IMG/VR virus record: IMGVR_UViG_3300021256_000073
Coordinates: 1 to 64,000 of that record
DNA length: 64,000 nt
Direction: 5' to 3' (one strand)
From: a virus
Taxonomy: Duplodnaviria > Caudoviricetes
In this document: in pieces, positions 24,109-37,267 of the stretch
How positions within the stretch are numbered: position 1 is the stretch's first letter
Layout of the letters: every line of letters starts with the position of its first letter
Made by a program: the position numbers and the translations under genes
The notes under the pieces: model-generated
The model's input: the letters and a program-made list of their open reading frames with translations, nothing else
Told to the model about the DNA's origin: nothing
Databases searched by the model: none

Positions 24109-27100
24109 ATGAATCAATATTTAGAAGTTATTTCCGAATTTAGACCTAAGAATGGTCAGAAATTTGCTATAGCTGATGTCAATGACTTACGAGGTGGATA
24201 CATCTAGGTAAATACTATTGAAGAAATGAATGCCTTCCTTCTTACTAACAAGTTAAAGTATGGAATGCTTTGCTATGTTAAGTATGTAGAAGATACAAAC
24301 CATATGTTCATTTATAGAGGAGAATGGGAAGTATGGGAAGGACAAGGTGGTTCTGGAGGCGGAGGTGTAAATCTTGTAGTAGTTGAAGACCTTACCGAAT
24401 TGGAAGGTAAGACTGCTTTACAAACTAAAGGACAGCTTATATATGTTGAGTCTATTGATGACCTTAGATATTGGAATGGTCAATACTGGGAATCATTTAG
24501 AAAGATATATATTTAGGATACACCTCCAGAAGACAAAGGTGGAATATGGATTGATACATCTGAAAAAGGATATACTTCTAGCTCAGATGTTGTACAAAAT
24601 ATGTTAGCAGTAATATCACTGCTGTAGCAAAGAATTAAGAGATTAGAATATTTTTATAAAGAAATAGATCCTGGAGACTTTACTAACAACCAAAGTACTT
24701 CATTAGATGGTTAGCCATCTTAGGAGCCACAATACGGAACCTCAGTAGAGGAAGATAGTGCTACTCAGCAAGAAAATATGTAGACTGAGCCAACAGAAGC
24801 TGATGAACCTACAGATATAAATGATAACTATTCTCCAAATACTAAAGTACTTAAAGTTAAAAGTGGTACTTAGGCTTACATGAAGGCACATGCAGATGTA
24901 TTTGCTGAGAGAGAATTGCTTTGGTGTTATGATACTCAAACATTATGGATTAAAGACCCAAAAACATTACAATTAATAAGAATTGGAGCTACTTCAGGAA
25001 GCGAAGAAGATCCATAGCTAGACGATATTATGGACGGTATTATACAAGAAACTATTAGTAATTACAAACGAATTACAGGTATTGAGTTCGTTGACATGAA
25101 GAATAACCAAGACCTTTATATGTTAAGAGTAAAGGATGGCAATCTTCACTTGGTAGATAAGACACATAAGGTACTTAGAACTGAATAGAAAGTACTCTCT
25201 TCTGGATTATATAGTCCATTGTATTATCCTTTAAATGAGCACTCTTCAGTTGAAAGTCCTTTTGTATATATAAATATGGTATATTGTGGAGGAGATTCAG
25301 ACAAATACAGTTATAATCCTGTATCTCACAACTTTATAGAGCTCTGTAATATATCTACACAAGATTTAAACTTAAATGGACTTTATCTACACTACTCAGA
25401 AGGAACAGCAGATGCATCTGGAAGAAAATGGATAACTCTTCCACTTACAGGGCATATACCTGCTGGTAAAACATTCTTAATTAAAGGTGCTCCTTGTTCT
25501 GTAGATAACTCTAATACAACACTTATTCACGTTGGAGAGCCTGATATGTATTGGAATTATGAAAGTACTAAGAACCCTGAAGTACTTGAGATTCCTGAGA
25601 CATCAGAAACAGATGCACATTCTGTTTGGGATGAGAATAAACTTTTGAAATTAGCACATTCTTGTTCTATTTACTTGAGTGGAGGTTTTGAAGAAGTTAC
25701 CCAAGAAGATTATAATCTAGAGCTAGCTACTCCTTATGATTCTTCTCCACTAGTTACAACCCAACTATTTAATAAGGGAAATGTAGCTAAGTATTTCATT
25801 GACTTACTTGGTATAGGAGAGGGAATGGAAGCCTGTGGTTCTCCATTTAATAATGTAAGAACTGGACTTACTCCTAATAACTGTCTCATATTTAGATACT
25901 TTAATATGGACCCTGTTAAGCAGGCTCTGAAAGCTCCTTCAGCACTAGATAATAGTAACAACCAGCAATGGACATATTTTAACTTAGCTAATATAGCTCC
26001 ACAAGTAGATATTCAAAGATATACTCCAAAAAATTCAAAACAGAATAAGAATATATTCTTCAATAAAGCAATGCTTACTGAAGGACCTAATGTAATTACT
26101 TGTTCTTTTGGATTTAATGCACATACTACTCGTTGCTTTAACTGGTTATCTAAAGGATACTATGATGAGTTTATAAAGATATGGCCTGTCGGAGAATCTG
26201 AAGACAATGCAGAAATCTTTGAATCATTTAAAGAGGGAGATAATCGTGACGGAAATGGTCGTAATTGGGACAATCCTATCTATAATAGAATAAGAAATGT
26301 GGCAACTTCTGGTGAAGACTACACTGTACATAAATTTATCCATGATTTCCCTGAGCCAGTAGATACTCAAGTCTATAATTACAAAGTAGGACGTGATGGA
26401 TTCTGGTCAGATGTACATCAATTTACAATGCGTAACAGAGACAAAGTAATTGAAAGAGGATTCCAATTCATACAAACTACTGACCAACAAGGTTTCCATG
26501 ATGAAGAGTATGAAACTTGGGGTGTTACTTCTGAGTTTATTAAGGCTGATGGAGAAAATAATCCTGCACAGGCATATGAATGGCAAATGAATACAGGTGA
26601 CCAAACACAAAATGGTAATAGACTTAATGAGTGGCTTGCTTTCTATAGATGTGGTAAGAACTTCTATAAGAATATAGAACAAATGTTTACCATTGGTAAT
26701 AATGACTTGTGTTCTGCTGATCCAAAAGTACTTGGAACTGGAGAAGACCTTAATAAAGTAAACCCTGAGAACATTAATTTCTTCTTCACATTTGAATTTC
26801 CTTATGATATTCCTGAAGTAGATAGCACTGGTAAATATATTCCTTCTGTATATTCATTTATATATGGAGATACTTATTTCCTATGTATGAATTCAGAGTT
26901 TACACTTACTACATAGCAAGAACTTTACGGAGTTGATAGTAGTTATAGTGTTGACAATGATGCTTCTGGACCTAAGGGTATATATAGCATTATTAAACAA
27001 TGGTGTGTTAATGACCTACAACATATAGATAATAAGATAAAATGGAAGATTGCATTTACACATGATAATCCATTTACTTTGCTTACCAAAGCTCAGATTT

Positions 27101-27978
27101 ATGGAACATCTAGTGGTGATACTGTTAAGTACAATTACTTAGGAGAAGATATGCAAACTGAGAATATATCTTACAGTAGAGGAGGTTCTCATCTAAATTC
27201 CGTAGGTAATTATTGGTTCAGTAAATTCTTAGAGGACAATAACTTTAGACTCTGTATAGGAGGACATAAACATACATATACCTGCTCTCGTCTTATGAGA
27301 GATAATCCTGACAACAGAATGAAACCTTATGTATATGATCCAGATTATGATGCTTAGAGTCAAACCTATCCACAGTGGTACAATTCTTTAGGAGATGCTA
27401 AAGAACATCTTATACAGTTTGGACCTCTTAAAGATTAGAATGACCATGAGCTTACATATGTTAGATATGTAACATTGTAGGCTACTGGATTTAAGACCAC
27501 ATCAAATAAAGAACTTCCTACAAGAAATATTCCTTGGTTAGAAGCATATTATCCAGCTACTGGAGATGCTCCTACTACTGATAGATTCTCAGCAGATAAA
27601 AAGAATGGAGGACAAAACTATCCTCACTATATATTATGGAACATAGGTAAGGGTACTGAAGTTAAAAATCCTACAGGTTCTACAACAGAAAGAGATAGAA
27701 TTCTTGGTAGAGTATTTAAAGTACAGCCTTCTACTAATAGAAAGAGTGGATGGACTTACTCTTATAATATTCCTTATCCTGCAAACGTTCTAGAAAAGAT
27801 TCCTGGTAATGGATAGGATAATCCTTCTAATAATATCATAGTGGAATTAAGCTATGATACAGGTGAAGAGCCAAGTGGTGGGGATGACCCACAAGAAGAA
27901 AATAATGTATATTCGGTAGTTAACGCAGAGTTAACAGGTAATAACGGAGAACAAGTAACCTTATTAAATAATAACTAA
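24109..27978 (+). CDS. large tail-module protein with lamin-tail-like, FN3-like and calcineurin-like metallophosphoesterase domains (1289 aa)
   Basis: FIELCN...LNLNGLYLHY; YNYKVG...WS; motifs TDQQG (26482), GDQTQNG (26596), GNND (26695), H (27061), GHKH (27262). Confidence 0.8.
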
Positions 27979-29585
27979 TGGCAGTAACTAAGATACTAGT
28001 GGATGGAGAGGAAATTAAAAACCTCTCCACTCCAGTTAGATACACGTTAAAAGGTAACGGAAAACACAAAGTGCAATATGTAATGGACACTGATACAATT
28101 AAGGCCGAAGCCTTTAAAAATTGTAATATTGAAAAAATTACTATTCCACATACAATAACAGAAATTAAGTAGGATGCCTTTAAAGACTCTGATGTTATAG
28201 AGGTAGTTCTACAAGGAACTTAGAAGAAAACACTAGCTGATGGAGTAATACCTCAATAGGCAACTCTTATAGCTAGTCATGAAACTGTAGGATATTATAA
28301 TAAGTTTAATGCTCAAGAAGCTACATCTAAAACTAAAGACTTTGTCTCAGACATACCTGTAGGGTGTGTTCTTTACGAGCGAAGTAATGGAGAACTTTAT
28401 ACAGCAGAATACGATGAAAATATAACAGACTTAGCTCTTGGAGTTTGTGTTATTCCAAAGGGTATGTTTGATGAACATGCACATTTTATAGGTTTAGAAA
28501 ATTTAGCTTATGACAACACTGATGGTCACGTAAAGAGCTGTGAAGACCATTATGAAGAGTGGTGTATGTTTGCACCTAAACTTGATAATATGCTATGGCA
28601 TCAGGATAATATAGAATGCTATTCATAGATACCTTATACTGGACTACTATATCACACAGGTGAGTACAATGGACCAATTCAATATGATACTGAGGACCAA
28701 ATGCCAGACTTAGTTAGTACAAATAAGCCATCTGGCAATATGAGCTATACAGAAAACGTAGACTTTAGAAGTGGATATGATTTACTTGGAGTCTATGATT
28801 GGAGTGAAAAAGGACATACTCCTTTTGTAGAGTGCTGTATGGATGGTGACCCAGTATATGTTTTACCTGGAAGTAATAGTATGAGCAATCCTTATTATAG
28901 AGGAAGTTATTATGCTCCATAGACTATTCAAGTACAGGCTACTTCTGATTAGTCAGATCATAAATATCAGTACAGTAGACATTACTATTCTCCCTGCCCT
29001 TACATGCAGGTATCTGCAAGTGATGAGGTAACTGCTAACCCAGTACTTATTAAAGAGTTAGCTCCTTCCCAAAACTTACAGAACTGTAAAGGTAATCCTT
29101 ATAGATTCTATGGTTCAGCTAATGAGTTCTTAATTCCAAATATTATTAGTAGATGTACTAAACCACAAGTTAATACAAATGGAGATTATTATACAGTATG
29201 GCAAATGGGAACTGCAGATGGAGGCACTCCTACATTCTTCCCAGCTCCTTATTTATGCTATGAATATGCTCCTGGAACTGGTGGAACTCAACACCAATGG
29301 GCTCTTGGTACACCACTAGAATGGATATGCGCATTTACTAAGATAGCTAAGATTTAGAATGTTCTTTAGAATCTAAAATGCCCATTACTTCCAACTAAGC
29401 CTGCTGATCTTATATAGGCTAGAAACTTTAATGATTATCATAGTTCAGATTCAGGCTGGTATTGGGGAGGACTTATGGTTAATGATGGAAATTGCTTCCT
29501 ATTTGATGGTAATTCACAGAGAGTTGAGAGCATGATAACAACTAACCAACCAAGATTAAGTACAAGACCTTTTATTGTAATATGA
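27978..29585 (+). CDS. BspA-type LRR protein with possible C-type-lectin-fold C-terminus (535 aa)
   Basis: TIKAEAFKNCNIEKITIPHTITEIKQDAF; C-terminal CYEY...WALGTPLEW...YW...STRPFIVI. Confidence 0.65.
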
Positions 29586-32500
29586 GTAAAATAAAACATT
29601 GGGACGAACAAACCCAATAGTGGGTAATTGATGGAGCCTCTAATGCAGCTAATATTGAACTCTCCAATCCTGGATTTGTAAACGAGGATGGAGAGTCAAT
29701 ATCAGTTGACGAAGGCTTTACTAAAATTGATAATAGATTACACAAGATAGAACAGAATGTAGCTTGGATTTACCAAAACGGAGCCAAAGGAGGTTCTGGT
29801 GGAGGAGGTGGTGGAGGTATAGACTCTACTGCTTATGCTATTGACATAGAGGAAGGTTCTAGAGTATATACTTCAGGAACTTCTGTTACTATTCATCTTA
29901 CAATTACAGGAGGAAGTGTTAAGAAAACTTTCCAAGTAGTTGTACAGGATGATAATGGTAATACCAAAGGAACATATGTAGTTACAGGTCTTACTCGTAC
30001 AGAGATTACTATAAACAATCTTAGTGATACAAGTAACCACTTAACTATAAATGCTAATTCTGGTTAGAATTATGCTACACCTACAGCTATTACTGTTATA
30101 GCAGGAGCTATTAAACTATCTCAATCAACAATTCCTAATAGCACTATATATCCACAAAACACAGTTGGATAGGTAATTTTAAATGCACAAAATAGTACTG
30201 ATAGTGCTCTTAACATAATAGTGCTCTGTAATGGGCAATAGATAGATAATTTCGAAATTCCTCAAGCTAAAGAAACTCAGTTTAGAATAGACTCAATAAT
30301 TGCACTACTTGATGAATCTAAAACCTCTTCAATAGGTGAAACTTTTGTATTTGAGATTTATGCTAGAGGAGTTCTTAATGATAATATACTTCAATCAAAT
30401 ACTATTAGTTTTAGCTGTACTATAGTATAGCCAAATACTTTGTATATTCTTACATATGGAGTAGATAAAAGTACTCCCACAAATAATGGAGACTTAGAGC
30501 AACTTTCTAAGTTTGTATATGGTAATAGTATATAGTTTAATTATTAGCTTACATACTCAAAAGTAGCTTTCTCTTACTATAATATCTACTATACAGTAAC
30601 TCCTTGTTATTTTGAATCTGGAGTATTAGTAACAGATGAATATCACCAAGTTAGTGGTGCTATAAATAGAGTAGCAAAAGATTAGAACTAGCAATTCTTA
30701 TTTAATACTTCATCACTTCCTGATGATACTATCTATAATACGGGTTCTAACCAATTTAAATTTGTAAAAGTAACATTACATGCTGTATCAGTAGATACTG
30801 ATTCTATTGAGGACTATAAGACATTGTACTTTACATTGTCAGAAGCTACAACTAAATATATTACTGCTACAAACTTTAATAATAGTTTGATTGCTTACTT
30901 TAGTCCTGTAATGGGCGTTCCTAGTGACACAACTTGGAGATATGACAATAGAAACTCTAAGTTCCCATATAGTAGTCAAGGAGCAGTTCAATAGAGATAC
31001 ATTTCCCTACTTGGACATAACCTTAACTATTTTATGTCTTAGACAGATATGTAGGGTATACACCTTACAGGTCAATCTTGGGCAGACCTAGGTATTAATC
31101 TGTTCTCGGACGATGATAATGAAGTTAACTTATTTAAAGGCAATGGATGGTCATTATCATTTACATTTAGAACTGATGCTAATGTTGATGATACCGACGT
31201 AGTTGTAAGTATGGGTAAGTACAGAAATGGATAGTTACTTGCTGGCCTTGAAATTACTGCCACTAAAATTACATATGCTGTTCAGACTACTTAGTATGAA
31301 AGAAACATTACTAAAGGTGATTTGATTACAATTGACTTAGTAGCTCAAAGATATGTTGGACCTGGTGATGTAGAAACTAATCCAACTCACTGGTTTATTA
31401 AAACTTATCTTAATGGAGTACTATCTCTTATTACTAGTCATACACAGAACGAGATATTTAATACTGATAATAGTGGTGCATATGGATGGTACTTTACTGA
31501 TTATATGCATCTAGGAGGAAGAGTTATAAATGGAAGTATTGAAAATGCTGCTTCTGTACATATTTATGATATAAAAGCTTATAGCTCTGCTCTTTCCGAC
31601 AATGAGATTATTCAAAATCAGGTTTCTTCTTACATATATTCAGAACTTGGTCCTAATAGTAATCCTGATATGTCATTATAGAATGAATTACTGCAGAAGA
31701 ACTTTATTGAAATTGGAACTGATGGTAATTATCATAGCATTCTTTTTGATAGCTAGGACGAGACATAGTATAAAGATGCAACTTCACTCTTAAATAGCTT
31801 AGTAAGTGCTTTAGCTGAATCAAGAATACCTTATCCTATTGTAGTAGTAAACCAATTAGAAGCTGATTCAAACTTCTTAGGTATTACAGAGTCTAAATTT
31901 AATGAGGATCTTAAGGAGACTGTAATGAATTCAAGATTCTCAATTAATATAGACTACTACACTATGGGTAATCAAACTCCTACTCGTATTTAGAATCAAT
32001 CAGGTACTGGTATGAGTATAGGTATCCAGGGTACATCTTCTCTTAGATATAATAGTAAGAACTATGAAATCTATATGGGACAAGATGACATGGGTAAGGA
32101 TGTGCTTGTTCAGATGAGAGAAGATTGGCTACCAGAAAATCGTTATACTCTTAAGGCTGACGTTATGGACTCTTCTCATGTTAATAACGTACTTATTGGT
32201 AAAATTATTAATGGACTTGTAACTACTAAAGACTCACAAGGTAATGAAGTAGCTATTAAACCTCTTGATAATACACCTCCAATGTCTAAGAGTGGATATG
32301 CTTGGGCTAGTAAAGTTAAGCATACATCTGAAGGTTATCCTTGTATCTTGTTTATAAGATTTAAGGCTACAGGAAGTAATACATACAATACTCGTTGTAT
32401 GGGTATTTACAACTTTAACTTAGGTAGATATGCTTACTTTAACTTAGGTCTAAAACTATTATCAAGTGTTACATATGCAGATACATCTGAAACTTATCCA

Positions 32501-35500
32501 AGAATGATTTCTGATTATACAGAAAATCTAGAAATTGAGGAAGGTGCACCTGTATATTCTATGGAAGTATAGGAGAACAGTGCCATAGCAATGTTTGACT
32601 AGGCTGATCCAGATATACTTGGTGAAGGTGTATTTGAATTCCCTTATAATAGTGATGGTTAGGGTATGACTAATCTAGGTAAGCTTCTCAACTTCCTAGC
32701 TTCATTTGGATATAATATAGAAACTGATAAAAAAGTATATATTGATAATGACTGGAAAACTCCGAAACTTAAGAAGATTAATGGTACATGGTAGGAATCA
32801 GGTCAATATTATGATAGCTTTGACCCAGTAAACTATGTAAAATCTACCTTAGATTTACATATGAACTGGAATAATATGGTAGGATACTATATGATTGCTA
32901 TTGTATTTGGACTTGTAGACTCTATGGCTAAGAACTTAACTTTACGTTCATGGGGTAAATCTAGCTCAGGAGATAACATATGGTATATGTGCTTCTATGA
33001 TATGGATACAGGACTTAGACTTAACAACGTAGGTGCTGAAACAGTTCCATACAATGCACATTTACATAGATATTATACAGATACTTCAGCTATTGCAGAA
33101 GCTCGTGTTATTAATCACTGCCCATCTATAGCAGGAGTATTTAACCAGGAATATTCTGGATATAACACAAGACTACAAGAGATTGTAGAAAATATAAATG
33201 TAAGTTATGATAGCTCTAATGCTAAAACTTTACAATCAGTATATAAAGATTTACGTACTAACCTATTCCCAGATCCAGAGGCTTTCATAGATACATACTA
33301 TGGAGGACAAATTGGTTAGGTAGGAGCTGCACTTTATAATTATGACTATTATTTAAAGTACTTACAGGTAGAAAAGACTTATAACCCTGCTACTGGTAAA
33401 TATGGAGATAACAGCTATAGTTATAGTGAAATATCTTATTTACATGGTAATGGTAGTACAAATGTTAAAGACTGGTTTGTAAAGAGAATTAGATTCTTGG
33501 ATGGAGTATATGGAGTAACAGGTAAGATAAGTAACCTTGATGGTATTACTAATACACCTCTTTCTCAGAGATGGCTTGATAACAATGCTACATATATTAC
33601 TAATGTAAGTCCTTCTAGTGTTCAGCTTGTACTACAGGCAGAGAGTCAAATGAGAATAACCATAGCTACATCTGGTGAAGCTAATTCGTTCTGGATTGAC
33701 TAGACTGCAAGACCTTACAGAATTAACAATGTAGGTGCTAGACAGGTTGTAACTATATATGCTAATACATATCTAACTCAATTAGGAAACTTTAATCAGT
33801 TTACATGGGATACTATAGGTTCTCTTACATTCCCTCTTATTAAAGAGCTAAGTCTTAGAGACTAGACAAATATTAAAAGTGATAACTTCTTAAGAAACAC
33901 CAATAATCTACAATCTCTAGTTAAATTGGATTTGCATAATGTAGTACTTATAGATTCAAACTCTAATCCTGTATATCAACCACTTACTATAGCATAGCAA
34001 CTTCCAAATCTTGAAGACCTAGATGTATCAGGTTCATCATTTAGTGAAGTACCTCTTTCTTCTAGTAGTACTCTAAGATCTCTAAACCTATCTGAAACAA
34101 AAATTAAGTCACTTAATTATAGTAACCAGCCTATGCTTGAGGAGTTAATAATTGATGGTTGTGAAGATTTGGAAACTATAGATTTGAGAGACTGTCCAAA
34201 GCTAAAGAGTATTATTGTTCCTTCAAGTGTTAAAACAGTCTTTATAGGTAACTGTGAGGGAATGGAATCTATTACTGCTATTTATAATGGAAATGTTATA
34301 GTACAAAGTAATCTAGTATCTGTAACAGTTACTTCTTGTCCTAACCTTAAGTATATTAATCTTACTAATTAGAATAATGTAGATTTAGAGGTTAGCTTAG
34401 TAGGTGCTCCTAATTTGGAAACGCTTATACTATCAAGAGTAGTAACTACTAACATTACCTTACCTTCAAAGTCTATATGGACTTCTTTGAAGCACTTAGA
34501 TTTAAATAGTACTACTATAACCAGTATGAATTACTATGACTCTATAGTTCATAATGATTACTTAGACTTAGATTAGTTTGAACAATTAGAGACTGTAATA
34601 TTACACGATAACCAAGCAGTTAAATCTCTTAAATGTTCTCAAGCTACTTAGATAGAATTAGCTAGTTCTTCTTTAGTTAACTGTTCTAGTCTTACTAATA
34701 TTTATGGTAACTTCTTAATAACTGGTACTAGAGTGTTCTCTGGATGTACAGGACTTAGATTAAATAATGATAGTGTTTATAACACTTACCCATTGTTATC
34801 TTATCCTGTTCCATTTATAAACAACGAATGGGTATGTAATATTAGATTTGCTAACACTCTAAACTCTTTAGAAGAAATGTTTAGTGGATGTCGTACTCTT
34901 ACAGGTAATGACTTTACAATGGTTATGTTACTATTACATGATGGTATTACTAACTTAGTAAAGACATTCTTAAACTGTTCTGGTGCTGATGCAATTATTA
35001 AGTATGACTTATTTAGACATTGTCCTAATGTAACTAATATAAGTTCGTTCTGTGAAGGTGCCGGAATAAAAGGAGGAATTTACTCTAGAATGCCAGATTA
35101 TAATTCAAATGATACTACAACATATGGAACATTCGACTTTATAAGAAATCTATAGTCTGCATCTAATGCATTCTTTAACTCAAGTATAGAGTTTATAGAT
35201 AATGATATATTTGCACCTTATGAAGAAGATGGAGACTTAAAATATTTTGGATTACAAGATGTAGACTTTATGTTTGGTTAGTGTTAGTCACTTAAAACAT
35301 ATAGTAAAGTTACAAGAACTACTATTACTCCTGGAAATCTAAAATCTAAGACATTCTTTACTAATATGAGAGGTCTTGGTAAGTTCCCACAATATATGTT
35401 CTTAGGTTGTGAATAGGTTAATATGGATATAGATTCAGAACTTGTAGGCAATATACAGTTTGACTATCTTTTCCACTGGCCTACTTAGTTAAATTCTAGA

Positions 35501-37267
35501 ATTATAAATGAGAGTATTTATACAGGTATAAATCTTATAGGTACAATCCATAATAATGTATTTGGAGGAGTTCTAAACACAGATGGTGAGAACTACATTA
35601 CTACATTTACTGTAATTGATGGACCATTCAAACAGTCTGGAAATGGAATATATTGTGACTTAAGTACTATGGGATCTATGTTTACTAACATTAGAGACAC
35701 TATACTACAAGCAAAGAACGTGCTTGCAGGACTTAAGTTTACAAACTCTACTATTCCTACTAATATATTTGAAGGATGTACTAGATTAAATAACATTGAA
35801 GGATTCTTTGCTAATCCTGAGATTACAAATGAAGGAGAAGTATTTGAATTCCCTCAAGCTTAGATGCTACAAGATTGTACATCTCTAACTAATGTTTCTG
35901 GACTATTTGAGGGAACACATTATCTTAATATTAAGTTATTAGGTAAAGGATTCTAGAATTGTCCTATTACAAATGTCAAAGGTATATTTAAGAAGTCTGG
36001 AGTATTTGGAATGATACCTTATCAATTATTCTATACTTCAAATCAGTCAATCGATAATATATCAGAGGTATTTGATGGTTGTTACAAACTAGGATACAGT
36101 GCTAACAGAACATTACTTGTAGGAGCTGAATATACACAAGGAGATATAACTCTAACTACTACTTGGGATGATGCAGTTATACAGAATGCTGGAACAAGAG
36201 TTCCTTTCCAACTTGATTTTACTGATTTTGATGGAGAAGATACTTGGTATATAGATGGAAGAGACTGGAAGGATATTAATCCTGATCTAGAGCAGTCTTC
36301 TGGTTATAGCTAGCTTTCTGACATATTCTACTATGATAATCTTTAGAAAGAAGCTCTAAGCGATACTCGTGATAGAGAGGTAGGTTATCAAAATTATATG
36401 TTCCCTGCAGATTACTTTAAATACTGTAGTAGTGCTTGTACTATGGAAGATGCTTTCAAGGGTCTTACATATACAACCAAGAGACTTACAGATGACGGTA
36501 CAGGTGTTTATAGCCTTGTTATAGGAGAAAAAGATGGACTAGTTGGAAGACTTCCATGTAAGCTATTTGCAGCAAACACAGAAAATAAGATATTTAAGAA
36601 TATATTTAAAGACTTAGACTTCTGTGCTTTTGTTAACTTTAATAGTTATAAGTTTAATACTCTTAGAGCTGATGCTTCAGAATGTAGAGGTATTAAATTC
36701 CCTTATGATTTATTAAAGAATAATGTAGCACTTACATGTATTTCTGGACTATTCTATGGAACTCATATAGAAACAGGTGTAGATATTAATAGTGACTTAC
36801 TAGTAAACAATATAAATCTTACAGATATAAATAGTTTATTTAGAAATGTATTATTCTCTGAATATACATACTATGGAGTATAGATTGGAGAGAATGCATA
36901 GATAGATTTTGAAAATATGTTTAAAACCTGTGGATAGCTACAAGATGTTAGTAGCCTATTTGCAGTTGATAGTCCAGAAGATAGTGATAAAGGCCTTAGA
37001 TTTATAGGTTCTTCTCTATTTGGAATGAGTGAAAATAATGGTACGACATCTATTAACAACCCACGTATTATTAATATTTCAAATATGTTCTGGAATAACA
37101 GAAGACTATAGGGTACTATACCTTTATTTGATGAAGGTTCTTATACTAGAATCCTTATATATAGTAATTATGTAGAAGGAGTAGATAGAGGCAGAATTCA
37201 AAATGCTGCAGCCTTTATTAATAGTCACGATGCTTCTTGGATACCACAATCTTGGTTTGAACAATGA
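29582..37267 (+). CDS. giant tail-module protein with CotH-like kinase domain and leucine-rich repeats (2561 aa)
   Basis: IQGTSSLRYNSKNY, YTLKADVMDSSH, GYP, GIYNFN, DSMAKN, FYDMDTG; later LEELIIDGCEDLETIDLRDCPKL and MFSGC-type repeats; nine same-frame fragments. Confidence 0.8.
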
